From contig JAAYHS010000108.1 in NCBI GenBank assembly GCA_012735315.1, positions 1-32,000 of the forward strand: 32,000 nt of DNA. Direction: 5' to 3'. Positions 1 through 7,891 of this stretch are shown here, one piece after another. The translations under genes were made by a program, and so were the position numbers. Under the pieces are notes generated by a model, which searched no databases, was not told the origin of the DNA, and worked only from the letters and a program-made list of their open reading frames with translations. The number at the start of each line of letters is the position of its first letter. The first letter of the stretch is position 1. The DNA is from Bacillota bacterium. GTDB taxonomy: Bacteria; Bacillota; UBA4882; UBA8346.

Positions 1-750
1 ATAATTTCCCTGAGTAAACGGAATAGTCAACAACGATTATTATTTATATCTTTTTTCTTAATCATAGGAATTTCCTTATTGGCCGGATGCGGCGGTGGAG
101 GTGGCGGCGGTAATATTCAACCTCCTTTGATGAGTCCTACTCCAATACCATCAACCAACCCAGATTTAAGTCCGAGTCCACAACCAAGTTCTTCGCCGGA
201 TGTGAGTCCGAGTCCATCACCCCGTCTAAGTACGGATTATATGGGGTTAGAAGACGGAGCTATTTTAATCTATAACTACTCTTTAGCCGGTACTAGGTAT
301 CCTCATGGCGCTAGAGGAACAATGCCGATGACGGTAGAAGAATATCAACCCGGAATATTTAAAGTTGGTTATGATTTATTTGGTGATATTGATGGACATT
401 ATATCGAAAAAGAAGGCAATAGTTATTATATCCGAGGGGATTGGGAAACAGATGAAGACCCTCCCAGCAGTCATCGAGAAAAATTGCTTTGTATTAACCC
501 TCTAACGGAGGATTTTGAAAACGATCGATGGGGCTCTTTTGAAAAAAAAGAAATAATTACTGTACCCGCCGGAACCTTTGAGGCTTGGAAATTTTCCAAG
601 CGAGAAGAATCTGCCCCCGAACTTGAGATGTTAGAGATATGGTTTGTTCCTTATCTAGGTGAAATTAAAGTTATCGAAATCGATAAAAGTGGGGAAACAG
701 TCACTTATAATGGTGAATTTGAATTAGCGTCATATTCGTTTGTGCCTTGA
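1..750 (+). CDS. Lipoprotein of unknown function (5' end lies outside the window)
   Basis: Frame 1 is open from base 1 with no ATG/GTG/TTG before 79. Bases 1-90 read IISLSKRNSQQRLLFISFFLIIGISLLAGC: a basic n-region, a hydrophobic core and a lipobox L-A-G-C. The track's TTG start at 79 would therefore delete the signal peptide. The Cys is followed by a Gly7 run, a Pro/Ser-rich linker and a ~150-aa globular part with no family I recognise. Stop TGA is at 748-750 and a hairpin terminator follows directly. Confidence 0.6.
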   Translation: MISLSKRNSQQRLLFISFFLIIGISLLAGCGGGGGGGNIQPPLMSPTPIPSTNPDLSPSPQPSSSPDVSPSPSPRLSTDYMGLEDGAILIYNYSLAGTRYPHGARGTMPMTVEEYQPGIFKVGYDLFGDIDGHYIEKEGNSYYIRGDWETDEDPPSSHREKLLCINPLTEDFENDRWGSFEKKEIITVPAGTFEAWKFSKREESAPELEMLEIWFVPYLGEIKVIEIDKSGETVTYNGEFELASYSFVP

Positions 751-753
751 AAA

Positions 754-791
754 CGAAACCCGCGAGCATCCTCGCGGGTTTCGTTATTTTT
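754..791. terminator. Bidirectional rho-independent terminator between convergent genes
   Basis: Perfect GC-rich hairpin CGAAACCCGCGAG-catc-CTCGCGGGTTTCG (754-783) followed by TTATTTTT on the plus strand. A short T run (GTTTT) follows it on the minus strand. It sits between the stop codons at 748-750 (+) and 825-827 (-). Confidence 0.8.
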
Positions 792-824
792 AATTGTTAA
801 CTGTCAACTACCCACTCTCAAACC

Positions 825-2210
825 CTACTTCCAGTTCAACTCACCCCACAAGTCGGGCAACTCCGCCTGGATGAACTCCACCAGCTCATGATCGCCGATG
901 ACCGTATTCCGGCCTTCTTCATACTGTTTGTCGACCCACTCCTTGAGCTTCAACAGCCGCGGGTCCCGTTTCTCCAGCCGGCGCTCTTCCTTTAGATTGA
1001 AATAACTGTTTACCCAGTGGGCGATGCCAGCGGCGCCGGAATGTTCGTTGACCGCCACCACCACTTTCCGGTTGAGCAGCTTCTCGGTATTGAAAATATT
1101 GTAGATCTCCTCGTCCTTTAAAAGGCCGTCGGCGTGGATCCCGGAGCGGGTAAAGTTAAACTCTTTCCCGACCAACGGCGTCATCGGCGGGATATGATAA
1201 CCGATTTCCTTAGTGTAATACTCGGCGATCTCCGTAATCACCGTGGTATCCATTCCGTCCAAAGTCCCCCGGAGGGAAGCGTATTCGAAGACCATCGCTT
1301 CCAGCGGGCAGTTTCCGGTCCGTTCGCCAATCCCCAGCAAAGTGGTGTTCACTCCGGAACAACCATACAACCAAGCGGTGGCCGAATTGGTAACGCTCTT
1401 ATAAAAATCGTTATGGCCGTGCCATTCCAACCGCTCGCTGGGCACTCCGGCATGATGCCATAATCCGTAGATAATGCCGGGCACGCTCCTCGGCAATGCC
1501 ACTCCCGGATAACTGACCCCGAAACCCAAAGTATCGCAAGCCCGAATTTTAATCGGGATTTTGCTCTCTTCAGCCAGCTTCATCAGTTCGATCGCAAACG
1601 GCACCACAAAACCGTAAAAGTCGGCCCGGGTAATGTCCTCCAAATGGACACGGGGGATGACGCCGATCTCCAACGCGCTTTTGACGATGGATAAAAATTG
1701 TTCCATCGCTTGTTTCCGGGTCATCTTCAACTTTTTAAAAATATGATAATCGGAACAACTGGCCAAAATTCCGGTTTCCTTGAGTCCCATCTCCTTGACC
1801 AGGCGGAAATCTTCCTTAACCGCCCTGATCCAACCGGTAATCTCCGGATAATCATAGCCAAGCTCCATGCATTTAACGACCGCCTCTTTGTCCTTCTTGC
1901 TGTACAGGAAAAATTCGGTCTGCCGGATAATCCCCTTGGGACCGCCCAACTTATGTAATAATTTATATAAATCCACGATTTGTTTGACCGTATAAGGTTC
2001 CCGCGCCTGCTGTCCGTCACGGAAGGTCGAATCGGTAATCCAAATCTCCTCCGGAGGCCTCATCGGCACGTGTCTGTGGTTAAACGGCACCTTCGGCACT
2101 TCTTCATAATTAAACAAATCCCGGTACAAATGGGGTTCCGAAACGTCCTGGAGCATGTAAACATACTCGCTCTGTTCCAAAGTATTACTTTTCTTGCTAA
2201 ATTTTAACAT
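825..2210 (-). CDS. HMGL-like (DRE-TIM) synthase of the isopropylmalate/homocitrate synthase family; probable Re-citrate synthase
   Basis: N-terminal LYRDLFNYEEVPKVPFNHRHVPM...IWITDSTFRDGQQA, then EWHGHNDF metal-ligand motif and GIGERTGN. This is the pyruvate-carboxyltransferase fold. The length (~461 aa) and N-terminal motif resemble the Re-citrate synthase branch rather than LeuA, but that sub-family call is inference. I prefer the ATG at 2208-2210, which has AAGAGG ~12 nt upstream. The track's GTG at 2222 leaves no spacing to that SD. Confidence 0.75.
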   Translation of the reverse strand: MLKFSKKSNTLEQSEYVYMLQDVSEPHLYRDLFNYEEVPKVPFNHRHVPMRPPEEIWITDSTFRDGQQAREPYTVKQIVDLYKLLHKLGGPKGIIRQTEFFLYSKKDKEAVVKCMELGYDYPEITGWIRAVKEDFRLVKEMGLKETGILASCSDYHIFKKLKMTRKQAMEQFLSIVKSALEIGVIPRVHLEDITRADFYGFVVPFAIELMKLAEESKIPIKIRACDTLGFGVSYPGVALPRSVPGIIYGLWHHAGVPSERLEWHGHNDFYKSVTNSATAWLYGCSGVNTTLLGIGERTGNCPLEAMVFEYASLRGTLDGMDTTVITEIAEYYTKEIGYHIPPMTPLVGKEFNFTRSGIHADGLLKDEEIYNIFNTEKLLNRKVVVAVNEHSGAAGIAHWVNSYFNLKEERRLEKRDPRLLKLKEWVDKQYEEGRNTVIGDHELVEFIQAELPDLWGELNWK

Positions 2211-2583
2211 TAATCGCACCAACCTCTTAATCTAATTTGACATATTATTCAACATTAAAACCATATTCCCTTTTTAAAAATCAAAGAATAATGTATACAT
2301 ATAAAATAAAATACGCCGACTAATTCCAAAACCGTTTAAAAATAAGGGTTGGATAAAAATAAGCAACAATCAAAAATGTATATTTATAAAGTAAGATTAA
2401 ATATAAATCAAGAAAAGCCGTCAAACAAAAGCCGGACGCTCAGTCGCCGCCCGAACCGGAGTAAACCTAAAGCGAATTCAAAACCTCCGGGAGCTGAATT
2501 TCAAATCATTCTTATTATAACCGCATCTTCTTATTTTTAAGGCGGGTATGGATAACGCCTCTAAGGCGGGGTTCTATAATAAT

Positions 2584-2608
2584 AAAAAACCCGCCATACT
2601 GACGGGTA
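2584..2608 (-). terminator. Rho-independent terminator of rpsU
   Basis: On the minus strand: ACCCGTC-agtat-GGCGGGT (2607 down to 2589) followed by TTTTTTATTATTAT. It begins 10 nt after the rpsU stop. Confidence 0.7.
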
Positions 2609-2616
2609 TTTATCGC

Positions 2617-2802
2617 TTATTTCTTTACAGACTTCCTTTTCCTTGCCGCTTCCGACTTTTTCTTCCTTCGTACGCTGGGCTTTTCATAATGCTCCCGTTT
2701 GCGTAATTCGGCTAAAATGCCGGAAACTTGGCATTCCCGTTTAAAACGCCGCAATGCATTATCTAAAGATTCATTTTTCCCAATTTTAACTTCGGCCGCC
2801 AA
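2617..2802 (-). CDS. rpsU: 30S ribosomal protein S21
   Basis: [56 protein letters not shown] is a typical S21. I place the start at TTG 2800-2802, preceded by GGAGGGGAGGGA plus a 6-nt spacer, giving 61 aa. The 84-aa track ORF extends through the Shine-Dalgarno region, which translates as [11 protein letters not shown]. Confidence 0.9.
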   Translation of the reverse strand: MAAEVKIGKNESLDNALRRFKRECQVSGILAELRKREHYEKPSVRRKKKSEAARKRKSVKK

Positions 2803-2883
2803 TATACTTCCCTCCCCTCCACTGCTTCCTCCCGATGACCCGTTCGCAGTGTCCGGTTCGAATAAACGCAATCTTAATACATT

Positions 2884-2913
2884 ATTTTACTATATAAAAC
2901 CCGATATTGTCAA
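2884..2913 (-). promoter_or_regulatory. Candidate sigma-70-type promoter for rpsU (TTGACA-N18-TAAAAT)
   Basis: On the minus strand TTGACA is at 2913-2908 and TAAAAT at 2889-2884, with an 18-nt spacer. The -35 element lies 3 nt downstream of the HIT stop codon and ~80 nt upstream of the rpsU TTG. This is sequence resemblance only. Confidence 0.4.
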
Positions 2914-2915
2914 TA

Positions 2916-3263
2916 TTAGCCCGGAGGCCAACTCATTTTGCGTCCGGCAATCAAATGAAAATGGAGATGCGGCACCGCTTCCCCGGCATCCCGGCCGCAA
3001 TTGACCACAACCCTGAACCCGTTTTCGGACAAACCTTCGGTTTTAGCCAGATGCTGAATCGCGCCGAATATTGATTGCAACAAGCTCCCATCGAGTAATC
3101 GCGGGTCGGCTACATTATCAATGTGTTGTTTGGGAATCGCCAGCCAATGGGTGGGCGCGACCGGGTTGATATCCTTAAAGACCATTACCGCCTCATTTTC
3201 GTAAACCGTTTGGCTGGGTATCTCCCGCTTAATAATCTTACAAAAGATACAATCGGCCATCAC
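2916..3263 (-). CDS. HIT-family (histidine triad) nucleotide hydrolase/transferase
   Basis: CIFCKII...E.P...VYENE...F.DI.P.AP.H.L.IPK plus the histidine triad HLHFHLI near the C-terminus. AGGAG lies upstream. The start is either GTG 3263 or ATG 3260. Confidence 0.9.
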   Translation of the reverse strand: MMADCIFCKIIKREIPSQTVYENEAVMVFKDINPVAPTHWLAIPKQHIDNVADPRLLDGSLLQSIFGAIQHLAKTEGLSENGFRVVVNCGRDAGEAVPHLHFHLIAGRKMSWPPG

Positions 3264-3362
3264 ATAATCTCTCCTAACAAGTTATATTTCGACATAATAA
3301 TTCCGATTCCTTTAATTTTAACTGACAGATTGTTACATTCTTGACTCGCCTATGGTTTCATT

Positions 3363-4652
3363 TTAATGGGGCAAGTTTCCTTTTAGAATATGCCCGGAAA
3401 TTCCGGTTATTAAAACCTCTCTGACGGTGTTTTTCAAATCAAGCCCCGTTAATACTTCGGTCCTTAAATATTCGCCGGACAAACCGGTCCACCCGCCGGC
3501 GATCTTCTCTTCAAAAAGCGTCTCCACCCGTTTGCCGACAAATTGCCGCGCAAATTCCCGACCGGTCCGGAAAGCGACCGCTTGTACTTTTCGGCTGCGC
3601 TCTTCCATGACCGGCCCGGCGACCCTTCCTTTAAAAGTCGCGGCGGGCGTTCCTTTACGGGGCGAAAACCGGAATACATGCACCCTGCTGAAAGCTTGCT
3701 CTTCGATGAATTCGAGCGTCGCCGCAAAATCCGCTTCCGTTTCTCCCGGAAAACCGACAATCAAGTCGGTACCGACGGCGAGCAAGGGATTCGCGGCACG
3801 AATTTGTTTAAGCAAACCGCTATAGTCCGCCAACGTATACCGCCGGTTCATTAATTTCAAAATATGATCGCTCCCGCTTTGCAGCGGAATATGTAAATGT
3901 TGGCAGATGCGAGCGTTATTAAGAATAATCCCCAGCAAATTTCGGTCGAAGTCGTTCGGCTCCAGCGAACCCAACCTAATCCGGTAATCGCCGGGAATCT
4001 TCAATAACTCCTTTAATAAATCGGCCAGACTCAAACCCAAATCTTTTCCATAAGCGCCTAAATGGATTCCGGTTAATACAATTTCCCGGTAACCGTTCTC
4101 AACCAAGCTTTTAAACTCTTTAACCGCCTCCATTAAAGGCATACTGCGTATCCCGCCCCGGGCCAAAGGCACGATACAATATGAACAAAACTGGTCGCAT
4201 CCTTCCTGAACCTTCAAAGTTGAACGGGTCCGTTCGGTGAACTTACTTACCGGAAGTTTAATCCAGGATTTTTCCAAGCCGATATCACCGACTTCAACCT
4301 TGTTTTGCCGGTTCTTCCGGTATTCTTCAACCAAATCCACCAAACGCGGCCGCTCTGCCATGCCCACCACCAGATTGACTCCGGGGATTCCGGCAGCCTC
4401 TCCGGGAGCGGTTTGCGCGTAACATCCGGTAACCACCACTATCGGCGTCGGCTTGACCTTAGTCGCCCGCCTGATGCTCTGCCTTGATTTCCGCTCTCCA
4501 AGGTTGGTGACCGAGCAGGTATTAATGATATAAACATCGGCCGTTTGCTCGAAAGATACTATGGTATATCCCCGTTCGCGGAACATTGACGCCAGGCTCT
4601 CGGTATCGTTCTGATTGACTTTGCAACCTAACGTATGGAACGCGACTTTCAT
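3363..4652 (-). CDS. mtaB: tRNA threonylcarbamoyladenosine methylthiotransferase MtaB (radical SAM, MiaB/RimO family)
   Basis: MKVAFHTLGCKVNQNDTE...ADVYIINTCSVT...KSRQSIRRA (UPF0004 N-domain), radical-SAM CDQFCSYC, and a TRAM-like C-terminus. Start is ATG 4650-4652 with GAGGAG 6 nt upstream. It forms an ATGA overlap with the stop of the upstream membrane-protein gene. The track's 514-aa version is an upstream over-extension. Confidence 0.9.
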   Translation of the reverse strand: MKVAFHTLGCKVNQNDTESLASMFRERGYTIVSFEQTADVYIINTCSVTNLGERKSRQSIRRATKVKPTPIVVVTGCYAQTAPGEAAGIPGVNLVVGMAERPRLVDLVEEYRKNRQNKVEVGDIGLEKSWIKLPVSKFTERTRSTLKVQEGCDQFCSYCIVPLARGGIRSMPLMEAVKEFKSLVENGYREIVLTGIHLGAYGKDLGLSLADLLKELLKIPGDYRIRLGSLEPNDFDRNLLGIILNNARICQHLHIPLQSGSDHILKLMNRRYTLADYSGLLKQIRAANPLLAVGTDLIVGFPGETEADFAATLEFIEEQAFSRVHVFRFSPRKGTPAATFKGRVAGPVMEERSRKVQAVAFRTGREFARQFVGKRVETLFEEKIAGGWTGLSGEYLRTEVLTGLDLKNTVREVLITGISGHILKGNLPH

Positions 4653-5257
4653 CCATTTCTCCTCAGATATGGGTCTCCGCCGGTTCCCACCGGTAGATCC
4701 ACGAATATCAACAGTAACGGATTGATAATTACCAAAGTAACCAGGACCATCGCCATTACCGGAATTCCCAACGGATACAGCCAATATAACAACATTAAAA
4801 AATTGAAAAAAGCCATCCCGTAGCCTAAGGGAATCCGATGCAAGGACGACGAAAGCTTCGCTATGATCCGGTACTGACAGACCTCGATTAATCCTAAAAA
4901 AGCCCAAGCCAAAAATTCCCGCTGCGATACTACCATATAACCCGATATCTTAAGCTTCCACAGCAAACACAATGTCAATAAAAATCCGCTGAAAGTCCAT
5001 AGCGAACTTAAGAAAACCTTCATCCAACTAAACCCTCTTAAAAGCTCAAGACGGTCAAGCTCCGGATTAAAAGTAAAAAAAGCGCAGCCGATCCAAATCC
5101 CCGCCGCCAAACCCAGACTCCAGTTCGGCGGCAATATCAGGACCATTAAAAAAGAGAGCCCAAGATTGACCCAGGGCGACAATCGCGTAAGACTCTGCAT
5201 CACAAACCCCGCTCCCAAAGTCAACAGGTAAATAAGGCCAATGGCTAAAACATCCAT
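4649..5257 (-). CDS. Polytopic membrane protein, unknown family
   Basis: About 6 hydrophobic segments (LAIGLIYLLTLGAGFV, LGLSFLMVLILPP, LGLAAGIWIGCAFF, and others). The ATG at 5255-5257 has GGAAGGAG 8 nt upstream. An alternative ATG at 5302 has a weaker SD and overlaps yhaM. The stop overlaps the mtaB start (ATGA). Confidence 0.6.
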   Translation of the reverse strand: MDVLAIGLIYLLTLGAGFVMQSLTRLSPWVNLGLSFLMVLILPPNWSLGLAAGIWIGCAFFTFNPELDRLELLRGFSWMKVFLSSLWTFSGFLLTLCLLWKLKISGYMVVSQREFLAWAFLGLIEVCQYRIIAKLSSSLHRIPLGYGMAFFNFLMLLYWLYPLGIPVMAMVLVTLVIINPLLLIFVDLPVGTGGDPYLRRNG

Positions 5258-5261
5258 AGTC

Positions 5262-6272
5262 TTATGCTCCTTCCGAAAGATCGTCCCGTTCCGGTCGCTC
5301 ATTAAGACCTTTTAAATAAATCGACCTTCCCAATCCCGGATCAAAAACCGCCCAATCTTCGTCCCGGCTCCGGTTGCGGATAATCGCTAAAAACTTCGTA
5401 ATTTGCGCATCCATATTATCGGCGTGATGCAAAATACAAGCCTCCAAAGTCAACGGCTCAACCGGAGAACCCCACTCCATGATCCCATGATGGCTTACGA
5501 GTAAATGAACCAAACTCATTAAAAGCGGATCGCCCGTATCCTCAGCCGGTTTGCCGAACAATTCGGCGATGGCCCGCTCCACCATATTCACTCCCAATAT
5601 CAGGTGCCCCAGGAGTTTTCCCGGATCGGTTCCGTCAAAACCCCGTTCCATTTTATAGGTTCTGGTCTTCCCGATATCGTGTAAAATAGCTCCGGTCAGC
5701 AATAAATCCTTATTTACCATCGGATAATACGCGGCGGCAGCTTTACAGACAGCCGTAACCCCGGCGGTATGCTCCAGCAACCCTCCGATATAAGCGTGAT
5801 GCCTTTTTAAAGCCGCCGGAACCTTGACAAACCGGTCGACAAACTCCTGATCGTCAAAGAATACCCGCAACAGCTTTTTTAATGACGGCTCCTCGATTTC
5901 AGCGATCGTCTTGACCAGATAATCCCAATATTCCGCCAAATTACCCGGCGCTTGCGGTAAAAATTTGCCGTAATCAACCTTGGTTTCGGGGAGCACCGTG
6001 AAAAAATCGGTTTTTTTAGCCTCCCACTCCAGTTGAATTTGATCTTTATATATTTTAGGTTGAACATTGTGAAGTCTAATAACTTGCCCTACCCCCAGCT
6101 TCCGGTAGGTCGCTTCATCGGCGTCCCAGACCTTAGCCGCTATTTCTCCGGTCTTATCGGCAATCCTCAAAGCTAAATAACAGCTTCCGTTCTTAGCGGT
6201 GCGCAACTGGTTTTCAACGATTAAAAACTCCCCCGACACCGGTTGATCCCCGGTTATTTCCTTGATCTCCAC
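5262..6272 (-). CDS. yhaM: YhaM-like 3'-5' exoribonuclease (N-terminal OB fold + HD phosphohydrolase domain)
   Basis: The N-terminal OB-type segment is FLIVENQLRTAKNGSCYLALRIADKTGEIAAKVWD. The HD domain has RHHAYIGGLLEHT, ILHDIGK and HHADNMD. GTG start is at 6270-6272 with GGAGGTGA upstream, directly abutting the previous stop codon. Confidence 0.8.
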   Translation of the reverse strand: MEIKEITGDQPVSGEFLIVENQLRTAKNGSCYLALRIADKTGEIAAKVWDADEATYRKLGVGQVIRLHNVQPKIYKDQIQLEWEAKKTDFFTVLPETKVDYGKFLPQAPGNLAEYWDYLVKTIAEIEEPSLKKLLRVFFDDQEFVDRFVKVPAALKRHHAYIGGLLEHTAGVTAVCKAAAAYYPMVNKDLLLTGAILHDIGKTRTYKMERGFDGTDPGKLLGHLILGVNMVERAIAELFGKPAEDTGDPLLMSLVHLLVSHHGIMEWGSPVEPLTLEACILHHADNMDAQITKFLAIIRNRSRDEDWAVFDPGLGRSIYLKGLNERPERDDLSEGA

Positions 6273-7169
6273 TCAACTCACCTCCGGAAGTTTTGCGGTT
6301 ACCAACCCAAGCAGTTTGGCCATTGTCAAAAGATCGCAGGCGTTATGCTCCAAAATCGGAGTCAAATAACTCCGGTCTCCGGTATCAAGATATTTCTGAT
6401 AATATTCGGGCGCCCGTGAACCGGGAAGGTCGTCGACCCGTTCTTGATTAAACAAATGCCGTTCAATCGTTAGCAACCGGCAGTTTGGAAGCCGGCCCCG
6501 GTAACTCTTGCGCGTCTGCCGGAGCAGATCGAAATGAAAGACGTCAATGGCGTCATTTAAACCTTGAAATCGCATTCTGCCTTTTAGATACGGTAAATCA
6601 AAACTACGGCCGTTAAAACTAACGATGATGGCCGCCTGTCGCAACCGGCCAACCGTTTCATAAAGCAGCGCCCTTTCCTCAGCCGGATTTCCGGCTAAAA
6701 TCTGGCTTATTTCACCCCGTCCGTTCCTAAATGACAGCATCCCTACTAAAAATACGGGATGAATATAATACAGCCCCATGGTTTCAATATCGATGAAAAT
6801 AATCTCCTCCGGTTTAAAGAAACTCAACAACTCCAAGTCGGAAGCGCCGTAACGGGCCAATCGGTCCAAATCTCCGGCGGCGATAATCGCAAGCGCTTCC
6901 CGGGCCGCTTTGCGCCACCGGGGATGATTCGTCAAATCAGTAATCGTCCGATAACCGGCTGCGTTTAATTTAGCCCGGGTGGCCGGTCCGATTCCGTAGA
7001 TCAAGCTTAAATTTCTCTCCAACAACTCCGGACCGGGGAAAGTAAAACTCACGTTTTCGGTTTGGAGCGTTCTCAATTCAAAGATTCCGGCCGCATTGGA
7101 GGTTGCCCGTTCCTCAATCAATTTAATCCGCCATCCGGACCCGGTGGCATCGGGAAAAACGAACGCCAT
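6273..7169 (-). CDS. RNase H-like fold DEDD-type exonuclease (YprB/COG3359-like) with N-terminal helix-hairpin-helix
   Basis: HhH motif is IYGIGPATRAKLNAAGYRTITDL. Exonuclease motifs are IFIDIETMG, SFNGRSFDLPYL, HFDLL and EHNACDLL. ATG is at 7167-7169 with GGAGGGTGA upstream. Confidence 0.7.
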   Translation of the reverse strand: MAFVFPDATGSGWRIKLIEERATSNAAGIFELRTLQTENVSFTFPGPELLERNLSLIYGIGPATRAKLNAAGYRTITDLTNHPRWRKAAREALAIIAAGDLDRLARYGASDLELLSFFKPEEIIFIDIETMGLYYIHPVFLVGMLSFRNGRGEISQILAGNPAEERALLYETVGRLRQAAIIVSFNGRSFDLPYLKGRMRFQGLNDAIDVFHFDLLRQTRKSYRGRLPNCRLLTIERHLFNQERVDDLPGSRAPEYYQKYLDTGDRSYLTPILEHNACDLLTMAKLLGLVTAKLPEVS

Positions 7170-7243
7170 TTTTCACCCTCCGGTTAACTCGATATTATTC
7201 TCTTATTAACCTTCCAGATCCTTTCCTTCCCAGCGTTACTTCC

Positions 7244-7891
7244 TCAGCCCGATTCTTCTTCCACCTCAAACTCCACGCTAACCGAATCAAAAACCCTGAA
7301 ACTTTTATCCGAAATGTTGATCTTAATCCGGTTGCCCCTAATGATTTCACCTTGAGGCCGGATCAACCTGGCGTTATTTTTTAACCATAATTCCTGAAGC
7401 CGATCATTATATTCGATGTTAACGGCCTCTCCGGTAAAATCCCGGTGCTCAATCCGGCAAGCCTGAGCGGTAAAATCCTTGGTGTCGGTTTCAAAGTATA
7501 ATTCTTCGGCGAATAATTTGAAGGGATCTTTGGCTTTTTGACCCTCGGCGGCCTTGATTCGATTCCGATTCATGACCACCTTCTTTTTAAAGGTTCCCAC
7601 TTTTTTTTTCAAATCATACTCCAGACCGTCGGCCTCAATTGTGACTTCGGGATGAGTCAGTTTCACCTTTGCTTCAAAGACGGCTTTTTTTTGGTCGGTG
7701 TCCACCTGGGCTCTTTCGGTGGTAATTACCGTTGTACCCTGGACGATGCGGACATCCCCCTCAAGGTAATTGATCTTTTTTTCCGTATCCCCCCATACGT
7801 TTTTACAGGTAACCTTGACTTCCTCCGCCGCGATGGCGATTCCGGCGCAGGCAAGCAATATTAAGATTAAACCGCTCCCAAAACGGTTCAT
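7244..7891 (-). CDS. lptA: Periplasmic LPS-transport protein LptA-like (OstA N-terminal-type beta-jellyroll)
   Basis: Signal peptide is MNRFGSGLILILLACAGIAIA. OstA-like repeats follow: YLEGDVRIVQGTTVITTERAQVD and FTGEAVNIEYND...LWLKNNARL. It shares a 4-nt ATGA-type overlap with lptC, and its context is downstream of lptD and lptC. Confidence 0.7.
   Translation of the reverse strand: MNRFGSGLILILLACAGIAIAAEEVKVTCKNVWGDTEKKINYLEGDVRIVQGTTVITTERAQVDTDQKKAVFEAKVKLTHPEVTIEADGLEYDLKKKVGTFKKKVVMNRNRIKAAEGQKAKDPFKLFAEELYFETDTKDFTAQACRIEHRDFTGEAVNIEYNDRLQELWLKNNARLIRPQGEIIRGNRIKINISDKSFRVFDSVSVEFEVEEESG

Noticed and set aside
2291-2300. 10-bp perfect palindrome ATGTATACAT upstream of the synthase gene
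   Set aside because: A short AT-only palindrome in a very AT-rich spacer is plausibly a chance occurrence. I saw no second copy in the window.
2349-2540. 63-aa plus-strand ORF (MDKNKQQSKMYIYKVRLNINQEKPSNKSRTL...) in the AT-rich spacer
   Set aside because: Its composition is low-complexity K/N/S/P, as expected from translating AT-rich non-coding DNA. It has no SD, and its TTG start and its orientation are opposite to everything around it. It also sits in a promoter/leader region.
2803-2871. N-terminal extension of rpsU in the ORF track ([23 protein letters not shown]...)
   Set aside because: The Gly/Ser run is the translation of a tandem Shine-Dalgarno region (GGGAGGAAGCAGTGGAGGGGAGGGA). S21 proteins start close to the (A)EVK motif, and a TTG with ideal spacing is present at 2802.
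4653-4907. 85-aa N-terminal extension of MtaB (the track's 514-aa ORF)
   Set aside because: It overlaps the C-terminal half of the membrane-protein gene in another frame and has odd composition. The canonical MtaB N-terminus MKVAFHTLGCKVNQ has its own GAGGAG SD.
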